Assembly (NCBI GenBank): GCA_046350755.1 | Contig: JAXLZV010000001.1 | Location: 340,790 to 404,789, forward strand | Direction of reading: 5' to 3' | DNA length: 64,000 nt | Source: Candidatus Saccharimonadota bacterium | Lineage (GTDB): Bacteria > Patescibacteriota > Saccharimonadia > CAILAD01 > GCA-016700035 | Part shown: piece after piece, positions 18,178 to 25,589 of the stretch | Numbering within the stretch: position 1 is the stretch's first letter | How the letters are laid out: each line of letters starts with the position of its first letter | Translations under genes and position numbers: made by a program | The notes under the pieces: generated by a model | The model's input: the letters and a program-made list of their open reading frames with translations, nothing else | The model's database searches: none | Told to the model about the DNA's origin: nothing

Positions 18178-18485
18178 TTTTCATTAAGCCACGCAAAGCT
18201 TTCTTCAACATTATTAAAAGCAGGCGAATAATCATCTAGCTCACCAGCACGTACTTTTTTTGACATAGCCAGTAATTCGGCCTCCACTTCTGGCCTAAGC
18301 CGTGGCGAATCCGATATAGTTATGCTCCGGGTATTAACGAACTCTCGCAAACTGGCAGCTACCACTATACTCATAGGCAAGCCGAGCTCTTTGGCAACAC
18401 TCTGAGCCCTCTTTTTTAGAGCGGGATCAATTTTTACATTCAATACAGTACTCATACTAACCATTGTATACACTTTAGTTAGCAT
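18174..18485 (-). CDS. DinJ/RelB-family antitoxin
   Basis: LNVKIDPALKKRAQSVAKELGLPMSIVVAASLREFV resembles the DinJ N-terminal ribbon-helix-helix (VRARIDEDLKNQAADVLAGMGLTISDLVRITL). Confidence 0.7.
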   Translation of the reverse strand: MLTKVYTMVSMSTVLNVKIDPALKKRAQSVAKELGLPMSIVVAASLREFVNTRSITISDSPRLRPEVEAELLAMSKKVRAGELDDYSPAFNNVEESFAWLNEK

Positions 18486-18541
18486 GTCAATACATAGATT
18501 TTGTTATTTTCGTTTGCTGGGCAGCCCAGTCGACTCGGCGG

Positions 18542-18565
18542 GGTTAGGGGTGGTCACCCCTAACC
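18542..18565 (-). promoter_or_regulatory. GC-rich hairpin downstream of VR (candidate DGR homing hairpin)
   Basis: GGTTAGGGG-tggtca-CCCCTAACC lies ~60 nt 3' of the VR end, as DGR target genes often show. Confidence 0.4.
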
Positions 18566-18619
18566 GCCCGGGCCTCGCTTTGTGGACAACCCAGAAATTA
18601 GCCCCAGATAAATCTGAGC

Positions 18620-20047
18620 CTAATTTAAGAGACAGCGAACAGCCAGCCCGCCGCCCCGAGGAGCGCCGCTGCCCGGATTGACTTCTCCAGCATCGAAGCC
18701 CGCGTAGTCTGCGCCGTCGACACCGTCCGAGCTGGCCGAACGAGACCACAAGAAAGCGCCGAGACCCTGGCCGTCGAAGCCCTCGAACCAGTAGCCAGCA
18801 AAAGTACCTTTAAACGGTCCATCGTGTTGCCACTTGGCAATGTTTGCACCACTGTCTGCGTACTGGCCAGTACCACCAAAGGCTATGTCCAGGTTGGAGT
18901 AATCACCAGAAGCGGTGCCTGTCTCTGTTTCTTCGTCATAGCTGAAGCCAACCGTTGGCAAGCGCCATCCGCTCGGGCAGATGGAGTATGGTGCATCACC
19001 ATCAGTTTCAGTATGAGAGGTTCTGGATTCACCAGCGGTCACTGCAGGCCAGTTGTAGAGATAGCCGTAGTTGGTTTCGCCCTCTCCAGTGTCACCGGTG
19101 ACCGGGCCGTAGGCTCCGGGATTGTCAAAGTCAGTAGTGCCGGTGGTGGTGAGTTGTGGCAAGGTAAAGTTACTAGCTACGTCTGAGTCGCTTGGTGTCA
19201 GGGTGAGGGTGCCGGTAGTTGATCCTAGTTTTAGGTTCTCGAGCATCCAGCAGTTGTTGTCGGCTAATTTGGCTACTTGGTAGGTTTGGTTGTCGCCTCT
19301 TGTGTCGGTCAGGGTGATGACAGCTTCTTCATTGGTGCCGTTGTAGATAGGTAGAGCACTACATTGACTGGAGGTGAAGCTTTGGAGAGTAGCTCCTGCT
19401 TCACCCTCTGCTTCATTGTCAGTGACAGCGTAGTTGAGCTTTAGTTCTTTTTGCCCGGGCGTAACACTACCATCTATAGCAAAGGTGAGGGTTACGTCGG
19501 TTGTATCATTGCTTGATGCAGCGTCGGTAGCTTTGAGAGTCAGTGGAGCGTCTCCAGGGTTGAGACTAGTGTCAGTCGTGACATCACCACCCTTGAGTTT
19601 GATGCCAATGCCTGGTTCTGGTTCAGTCAGAGTAGCAGTCAGAGTGTAGCCATCAGTGTTCGCAGTACCGCTTATGAGCGTTGTGGTAGCTGTAGCTGTA
19701 CCACCACCTTGAGGAACGGTTATGTGAATAGTGTTCTGGTCGGTACCGAGGGAGAGAGTGGGAGCGGCAGAGGCAATGGGGAGGTTGGTGGTAGAAAGCA
19801 CAGTAGCAAGGGTAAGCAGGACGAGGATACTGAAGCCCCGAGAGCTCGATTTACGTATGTTGGCTAATTTAAAGTGAGATGAACGACGAGTAGTTTTGTA
19901 CCACAGGAAGAGGCCGGCTGTCAGGAGGATTAGGGCAATCAGGGTTGGCAGGAATAATGATGTACCAGTGTCGGCCAGGTTGCCACCAGCACCAGAGTCG
20001 CCACCAACGATAACGTTAATAGTCTGGGTCACGGTTTGGCTGTCCAT
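18620..20047 (-). CDS. DGR variable target protein (membrane-anchored, C-type-lectin/Fib_succ_major-like C-terminal domain)
   Basis: C-terminal region DNNCWMLENL...YGYLYNW...ICPSGWRLPT...GYWFEGFDG...GGGLAVRCLLN. The last ~60 codons coincide with the VR. N-terminal hydrophobic segments are present. True start uncertain. Confidence 0.8.
   Translation of the reverse strand: MDSQTVTQTINVIVGGDSGAGGNLADTGTSLFLPTLIALILLTAGLFLWYKTTRRSSHFKLANIRKSSSRGFSILVLLTLATVLSTTNLPIASAAPTLSLGTDQNTIHITVPQGGGTATATTTLISGTANTDGYTLTATLTEPEPGIGIKLKGGDVTTDTSLNPGDAPLTLKATDAASSNDTTDVTLTFAIDGSVTPGQKELKLNYAVTDNEAEGEAGATLQSFTSSQCSALPIYNGTNEEAVITLTDTRGDNQTYQVAKLADNNCWMLENLKLGSTTGTLTLTPSDSDVASNFTLPQLTTTGTTDFDNPGAYGPVTGDTGEGETNYGYLYNWPAVTAGESRTSHTETDGDAPYSICPSGWRLPTVGFSYDEETETGTASGDYSNLDIAFGGTGQYADSGANIAKWQHDGPFKGTFAGYWFEGFDGQGLGAFLWSRSASSDGVDGADYAGFDAGEVNPGSGAPRGGGLAVRCLLN
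18626..18803 (-). repeat. DGR variable repeat (VR)
   Basis: Counterpart of the TR. 27 of 32 mismatches are at TR-adenine positions (TR A to G or T in VR, minus-strand sense). Confidence 0.75.
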
Positions 20048-20136
20048 GGTCGGCTCCTTTCTTGTTTAGTTATATTTGTAGCTTTATCTATTGAAATAAA
20101 CTGCTTACGTATATAGTACAGGAGATGGTTTGGAAT

Positions 20137-20868
20137 TCAAATAATATACACCCCTTTCTCTGTCACTCGTATGTTTACACTAGCATAGCTACGATCCAAT
20201 GCTTTCTCAACCAGCCTTCCCACTGTCTTTTCAAGTTTGGCTGACTCACATATGAGCAATACTTCTGGATGCAGCTTCCTAGGCTTGTATTTATGCCATA
20301 CCTCCAGCTCTGCAAAAGTAATGTACTTCCGTACTGTTTTCCGCAGTGTCCAGTAGGTCATATTATCTTCCAAACACTCAAGAAAGTAAGATTTATCTGT
20401 CTCTTTGTCTACTATGTATGCGTCTGGTCTAGTTTTAGGTACGTAGGCTTTGTCCATAAGCTCCGTCTTGCTATAGAACTTAAATCTATTAGGATAGGTA
20501 TGTTTGAGCTGTATATATGCCTTGAAGACATTCAGTCGGTGATTAATTCTGTGATCTTCAGCTCGTTTATCGTGGTAGATGCTTCTAAGTGCCGATTCAT
20601 TGCTGTATGGTTGTGTTCGTAAGAATCGTACGCCTTTGGTTGCTAAGTAATATGTAGCCGGTTTGCCTTTAAGCATGTAGCTACTATTATAGTTCATACC
20701 AATATAGCCTTGATCTACTAATATCTTTAACCTATTGGATATTACTCTAGGGTTAGCCTGTTGGTTCTTGGCAAATAAAGCTATGGTTGTAAATCTAAAC
20801 TTATAGAGTGTGTTAAGGATAGTAATTTGCTGAGGGTTTAATGGTCGTCGGTATTTTGGTTCTCTCAC
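20137..20868 (-). CDS. replication-relaxation-like protein (mobile-element associated), tentative
   Basis: N-terminal QQITILNTLYKFRFTTIALF resembles the replication-relaxation family signature (L..L..FRFLT..QI). AT-rich. Confidence 0.4.
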   Translation of the reverse strand: MREPKYRRPLNPQQITILNTLYKFRFTTIALFAKNQQANPRVISNRLKILVDQGYIGMNYNSSYMLKGKPATYYLATKGVRFLRTQPYSNESALRSIYHDKRAEDHRINHRLNVFKAYIQLKHTYPNRFKFYSKTELMDKAYVPKTRPDAYIVDKETDKSYFLECLEDNMTYWTLRKTVRKYITFAELEVWHKYKPRKLHPEVLLICESAKLEKTVGRLVEKALDRSYASVNIRVTEKGVYII

Positions 20869-21063
20869 TACTTCATCTGCTCCTATACGTAGTATAGGTA
20901 ATTATATAACAATAACGCACAGATATAACAGATTAGAAATGATGATATAGGTATCCTAATGGTAAGATATCCACAATTGTAAATATTACTCGGTATATAC
21001 TCTTGAACTAACGCTATATTCTATAGTAAACTATAGCTATAATCAATAGTTTACGAGGGTATC

Positions 21064-21177
21064 ATGACTAATGAAATATCGACTAGTGCAGTAGAAAGGG
21101 ACGAACAGATCGAGCTACTAGCGGATATTTTACTTGAGCTGGTACTTGAGGAGAATCAGGATGATATCAGCTCGTAA
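21064..21177 (+). CDS. small acidic ORF (37 aa) upstream of recombinase, tentative
   Basis: GAGGG RBS 4 nt before ATG; MTNEISTSAVERDEQIELLADILLELVLEENQDDISS. Overlaps the recombinase start. Confidence 0.25.
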   Translation: MTNEISTSAVERDEQIELLADILLELVLEENQDDISS

Positions 21178-22870
21178 CCAGAACGCCATTGCCGCTATCC
21201 GGGTCTCTACCACTAAGCAGGGTCGTGACGGTGACTCACCCGAAGCTCAGAAAGAGCAAATCGAACGCTTTGCACACAACAAAGGTATTACGATTAAAAA
21301 GTTCTTTGTCTTTATGGAATCGGCCAGCAAAGAACAACAGCCTATGCAAGAGGCAGTTGATTACTGCAAGGATAAGAAAAATGATATCGGCCTATTCATC
21401 GTTAAGTCAATCGATCGTTTTACCCGCGGTGGCTCAATGTCCTATGATTCGCTTAAAACCCAGCTCGATAGCCACCGTGTGACCCTCATTGATACCTACG
21501 GCGTTATTAGCCAGGAGAAGGTTAACACCCTAGAGCATCTCGGACATAGCTACAGGTGGAGCACCTACTCACCCAGTCGCAAGTCAGAGATGCTGGAAGC
21601 CGAACGATCGAAAGACGAAGTTAGAGATATCTTAAGTCGCGTCATTGGGGCTGAGATACGCTATACCCAAATGGGCTATTGGATGCGTAAACCACCCTAC
21701 GGCTTTATAGGAGAAAAAGTCGAAACTCAGCACGGCAAACGTACCACATTGAAGCCGCATCCTGAAGAAGCGAAGTTTATTGTTAAACTATTTGAATTTA
21801 GAGCCAGTGGACAATTCTCAGATAAAGAAATTGCCAGCAAGCTCAATGACTTGGGTTATCGTGGCCGACCCCAGTACCGACGCTCTAAAGAAAACCGAAA
21901 TCGTGTGATTGGTAAAACCGAAGGCAGTCAGCTTGACCATAAAAAGCTCTGGAAAATGGTACGCAATCCAATCTATGCAGGCGTGAATGTCGAAAAGTGG
22001 ACCAAATACCAGCCAGTGAAATGTATGTTCGATGGTCTGGTGTCAGTTGAGCTGTTCAACCGAGCTAACAAAGGCAAACGAACTATTATTGAAATGCCTG
22101 GAAACAAAATAGCCATCCATGATAGCATCGCTCCACGCAATGCCACAGTACGAGGCACACGCAACAATGACTTTGCCTACAAGCACTATGTCATGTGCCC
22201 TGAATGTAATAAACCTCTGTCAGGTAGCACTTCACGGGGCAAAACCGGCAAATACTACTCATACTACCACTGTGATAAAAGAGGTCACAAATTCAGAGTC
22301 ACAAAAGAAGATCTTGAGACCAAGGTCTATGATTTCATTAATGATTTAGTCTTTTCTAAAGAACGAGTAGATGAAGTCTTTGCGATTGTACGCGAAAAGT
22401 ATGAGCAACATCTAGCCCTCTATGAAGCAAATACATCGGCCATCGAATCACAGATTACTCAGCTTGAAGCTCAAGCCAGAGAGCTCACCAAAAGTTTTAC
22501 CACTATTGCTTCCTCAGCCCAGAAATACGTTAACGAAGAGCTAGAGGGTATCGATCAGCAAATTAAGCACTTAGCACTAGAAAGGACGAACATGGAAACT
22601 AAAAAACCTATGGATATAGACAAGGTTATAGCGAGAGTCAGGAAGTTTTCCGAAAACATCGGACAGGTTATTAATCAACAGAGTAGCGACAGCAAAAAAG
22701 CTCAACTTTTCGGGATCATATTCAAAAAATTACCAACCTACAATGATTTAGCTTTCCGAAACCAAAAATCACCCCATATTAAAGGGGTGAATCCAGTCTT
22801 CCAAGCCCTGCTTGGCGATAATTTTCCTATGGTGACCCCACGGAGAATCGAACTCCGATTACCAGATTGA
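21161..22870 (+). CDS. large serine recombinase (integrase)
   Basis: NAIAAIRVSTTKQ catalytic Ser motif, followed by a recombinase domain, a zinc ribbon (CPECNKP...YYHC) and a coiled-coil. GAGGAG RBS before the ATG at 21161. Confidence 0.85.
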   Translation: MISARNQNAIAAIRVSTTKQGRDGDSPEAQKEQIERFAHNKGITIKKFFVFMESASKEQQPMQEAVDYCKDKKNDIGLFIVKSIDRFTRGGSMSYDSLKTQLDSHRVTLIDTYGVISQEKVNTLEHLGHSYRWSTYSPSRKSEMLEAERSKDEVRDILSRVIGAEIRYTQMGYWMRKPPYGFIGEKVETQHGKRTTLKPHPEEAKFIVKLFEFRASGQFSDKEIASKLNDLGYRGRPQYRRSKENRNRVIGKTEGSQLDHKKLWKMVRNPIYAGVNVEKWTKYQPVKCMFDGLVSVELFNRANKGKRTIIEMPGNKIAIHDSIAPRNATVRGTRNNDFAYKHYVMCPECNKPLSGSTSRGKTGKYYSYYHCDKRGHKFRVTKEDLETKVYDFINDLVFSKERVDEVFAIVREKYEQHLALYEANTSAIESQITQLEAQARELTKSFTTIASSAQKYVNEELEGIDQQIKHLALERTNMETKKPMDIDKVIARVRKFSENIGQVINQQSSDSKKAQLFGIIFKKLPTYNDLAFRNQKSPHIKGVNPVFQALLGDNFPMVTPRRIELRLPD

Positions 22871-22904
22871 AAATCTGGTGTCCTAACCGTTAGACGATGG
22901 GGCC
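22830..22904 (-). tRNA. tRNA-Glu (anticodon TTC)
   Basis: GGCCCCATCGTCTAACGGTTAGGACACCAGATTTTCAATCTGG...TTCGATTCTCCGTGGGGTCACCA. Cloverleaf with a 7-bp acceptor stem; CCA encoded. Confidence 0.8.
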
Positions 22905-23066
22905 GTCAGACGAAAAAGCCAGCATATCTTACCAGATTATCTGGTCTTCTTCAAGAGAATCGAGAGAATATATTGACTTTATTATGTAATTATGCTATTA
23001 TAATACTTATCTCCAACAGGAGTGCACCCTATTTGACCCCATACCCCAAGCCTCCAGGAGGCCTTC

Positions 23067-23636
23067 ATGTCAAGCAAGCAGCCCAAGAGCGGCCTCCTCA
23101 TCCTGGCAATCTGCCTGGTGATCATCGCCATCATCGTCGCCCTCGTGGCGCTCAATGGTGGCTTCGAGCGAACCGAAGGGTTCACCACCCAGACCGAGGC
23201 ATCGGATGCCGTCAACCAACCGGCTGACACATCCGTCTCGGACAGCATCAACTTCGGCGACTTCACGGCCGCCGAACTGAGTGGTGGTGTCGATCTCGAT
23301 GAGACGTCCTGCGCGGTGAGAGTGGTCATCACCAATCCCACCGACAGCGATGCCCTCATCGCCATCGCCCTCGACTTCGATTCCACGGCTACCACCGAGG
23401 AGACGGTCGTTCCGGCTCAGACCCGCTGGGAAGTCACCTTCATCCGTGAAGCTCCCATCGTGGCGCTGAACCTCACCGAAACCACCGGCCTGTCGGACGT
23501 GAACCTCAACTTCGCGCCTGACTACAGCCGCTGCAACGGCGAGCCTGCCACCAACGCTGGTGGCGGTTTCGGCGACGAGCAAAACGTCGAACGTCTCGAC
23601 AAGACCACCCCGTCCACCACGGCCGCCGTGGTCTAA
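23067..23636 (+). CDS. GC-rich membrane-anchored secreted protein, function unknown
   Basis: GGAGG RBS 6 nt upstream. N-terminal TM (LLILAICLVIIAIIVALVAL). The antisense ORFs at 23070-23672 are judged spurious. Confidence 0.5.
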   Translation: MSSKQPKSGLLILAICLVIIAIIVALVALNGGFERTEGFTTQTEASDAVNQPADTSVSDSINFGDFTAAELSGGVDLDETSCAVRVVITNPTDSDALIAIALDFDSTATTEETVVPAQTRWEVTFIREAPIVALNLTETTGLSDVNLNFAPDYSRCNGEPATNAGGGFGDEQNVERLDKTTPSTTAAVV

Positions 23637-23741
23637 GCTCTGGCTTTGGGTTACTGGGGAACCCAGAGTCAACCCCCGTAGGGCAGCGAAAAGCGCACCT
23701 CGCGCAATTCCTGCCCTGCGGGGTCTTCTTTTTATAAAAGC

Positions 23742-25013
23742 CTAATCGAGTCCACCAGCCTGAATAATCTTGGCATATTCACGAGCACTTGGCCGAACGG
23801 TGCGTTTCATCGTCGTGCGATCGACCTCAACCAGCCCGAACTTTGGCCAATAACCCTTATCCCACTCAAAATTATCAAGCAGCGACCAGTAAACAAATCC
23901 CCGGACTTCAACTCCCTCAGTCATCGCCCGATGCACATTCCGCAGAACCTCTTTGATATACCAGGCACGACTTTCATCCTGCGCATCAGCTAAACCACAC
24001 TCCGTAATGATCAATGGCTGAGTGTAGCGATGCCCCATGGCTTTGAGCAAGGCATACATTCCTTCCGGGTGCAGTCCCCAGCCCATATCCGATGGATTCT
24101 GCTGATCAATATCCCACTTCAGACCCCGTAAATTGTATTTGAAGTAATAATTCAGCCCGATGTAATCTTGGTGTTTTTTTATTTGATCTAAGAAGTAATA
24201 GTTCCCAAACCAGTTCCACAAACGGGCAATGGCTGGCGTCACAAACTTGCCTTGCGATGTGTACCAAATCATGTTCTTCGAAATGCCGACTTTGGCCTGC
24301 GGATACAGCTCCTTGATGATCTTATAGGCCTTGATGTGCGCCCGAGGCAGAATCGACGCGTAGGCACCAATCGCCGTAAACATATTGCGCTGTTGCGGTG
24401 GCCATAAACCAATCCAATACGACATCGTTGCAAAGACTTCAGGCTCGTTGATCGTGCACCACCAATCAACATCTTCACCGAGGTATTCAACCACCCGACG
24501 CACATATTTTCCAAAATCTGAGATAGTTTTTGGATTCTGAAAGCCCATCTGCTCCTCTACCCAAAGCGGCAATGCAAAATGCCAAAGGGTTACCATCGGC
24601 TCGATACCGCGTCGTCGTAAGCTCTGGATCATCTTCCGGTAGTGCTCGAGAGCGACCATATCAAACTCACCGCGCTTGGGCTCGATACGGCTCCATTCGA
24701 TGGAAAAACGATAGGTATTCAGCCGCAGATCTTGGGCGATATCAAAGTCCTTCTCATAGCGATGATAATGATCGATCCCTCGCCCCGAGATGTAGTTCTC
24801 CGGCGAAACCGCTTCGTGCTTGATGCGATACCAGTGGACTGATGGCGTATCAAAGGCTTTTGCCGCGCCACGGGCCAAGCGACTGGCGTGCACCCGCTCC
24901 CACTCGGTCCAATTGTTCCGCAAACCACCCTCAACTTGATGCGCACTGGTGGCCGCGCCCCAGAGAAAACTTTTTGGGAAACGTAAGAGCGGTGAATCTG
25001 CCATAAGCTTCAT
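23742..25013 (-). CDS. GH1-family beta-glucosidase
   Basis: FLWGAATSAHQVEGG, WCTINEP (acid/base) and IITECG (nucleophile region). Start uncertain: 25013 or 25055. Confidence 0.85.
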   Translation of the reverse strand: MKLMADSPLLRFPKSFLWGAATSAHQVEGGLRNNWTEWERVHASRLARGAAKAFDTPSVHWYRIKHEAVSPENYISGRGIDHYHRYEKDFDIAQDLRLNTYRFSIEWSRIEPKRGEFDMVALEHYRKMIQSLRRRGIEPMVTLWHFALPLWVEEQMGFQNPKTISDFGKYVRRVVEYLGEDVDWWCTINEPEVFATMSYWIGLWPPQQRNMFTAIGAYASILPRAHIKAYKIIKELYPQAKVGISKNMIWYTSQGKFVTPAIARLWNWFGNYYFLDQIKKHQDYIGLNYYFKYNLRGLKWDIDQQNPSDMGWGLHPEGMYALLKAMGHRYTQPLIITECGLADAQDESRAWYIKEVLRNVHRAMTEGVEVRGFVYWSLLDNFEWDKGYWPKFGLVEVDRTTMKRTVRPSAREYAKIIQAGGLD

Positions 25014-25086
25014 TATAGCGGAGGCTTGCTCATGGTGAGTCGAATTCGCTACCATAGAATCAGAACCTTAACCCAGGGCCCCGAAT

Positions 25087-25491
25087 TTGGAGGTGAGAGT
25101 ATTGTCGCTCAGCCAAACAATGCCAGGCACGAAGTATCACTCAGCACGGAGAGTCAAGTACGTCTTGATGCAGCTCCTCGGGCTCGATCTGAATATCCAC
25201 CACACCCAATACCCCAAGCGCCACTTCCGCAGCAGTCGAACAGCGCTTGATTACCGCAATCTGCACTGTCTGCAAATTCTCACTCCGATCAATGACCACA
25301 GAGAGCTACATTCCTCTACACCACCACCGGAATTCCCATCGCGCGATGTAATGCTCGACCAAATCGATCGCTGCAGAAATAATGGCTGCAGCAAGGAAGG
25401 CTGCACTCAGCCCATCAAGCTTGCTCTGCGCGAAGTTCCTGTCGGCATCCAGCTCCCCAATGAAGTCGTCGTCATCGGTAGCCTGACTTAA
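25087..25491 (+). CDS. doubtful ORF upstream of an orphan terminator
   Basis: TTG-initiated frame with atypical composition; first ATG at 25120, no SD. Its stop lies 12 nt before the strong + strand terminator at 25503. An antisense protein-like frame with no start codon also exists. Confidence 0.2.
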   Translation: MEVRVLSLSQTMPGTKYHSARRVKYVLMQLLGLDLNIHHTQYPKRHFRSSRTALDYRNLHCLQILTPINDHRELHSSTPPPEFPSRDVMLDQIDRCRNNGCSKEGCTQPIKLALREVPVGIQLPNEVVVIGSLT

Positions 25492-25502
25492 TTCGTCACA
25501 CT

Positions 25503-25527
25503 CCCCGACAGTGTTGTCGGGGTTTTT
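25503..25527 (+). terminator. rho-independent terminator
   Basis: CCCCGACA-gtgt-TGTCGGGG then TTTTT. Confidence 0.65.
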
Positions 25528-25589
25528 CTTGGCGATTCGACGAGCTATCGAGACCGAACCATACCGCCTATGCTATAATTTTCATTAAG

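Larger units (their letters stand above)
16337..20047 (-). mobile_element. diversity-generating retroelement cassette (target-VR, toxin-antitoxin pair, RT, TR)
   Basis: TR/VR pair with adenine-biased mismatches, plus a DGR-type RT and a C-type-lectin-fold target gene, all on the minus strand. Confidence 0.75.
11703..22904. mobile_element. putative integrated element (~11 kb) at tRNA-Glu, carrying DGR, toxin-antitoxin modules, PLD protein and serine recombinase
   Basis: An AT-rich, lower-GC block sits between native-looking genes. The recombinase 3' end overlaps the tRNA-Glu 3' end. The imperfect repeat TATGGTGA(A/C)CC occurs at 11703-11713 and 22828-22839. The cargo is typical of mobile DNA. 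Confidence 0.5.

Noticed and set aside
18174-18485. Considered whether the 103-aa ORF could be the DGR accessory protein Avd
   Set aside because: The sequence matches the DinJ/RelB antitoxin N-terminus far better than a basic four-helix-bundle Avd, and it is paired with a YafQ-like toxin.
18484-18879. Overlapping ORFs (18484-18681 +, 18504-18749 -, 18625-18879 -) around the VR
   Set aside because: Alternative frames of the DGR target gene's 3' end and the downstream hairpin region. The in-frame target ORF with its lectin-fold C-terminus explains the coding signal.
23070-23672. Minus-strand 200-aa and 137-aa ORFs antisense to the GC-rich gene 23067-23636
   Set aside because: High GC generates long antisense ORFs. 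The + strand frame has a GGAGG RBS, an N-terminal TM helix and a downstream hairpin.
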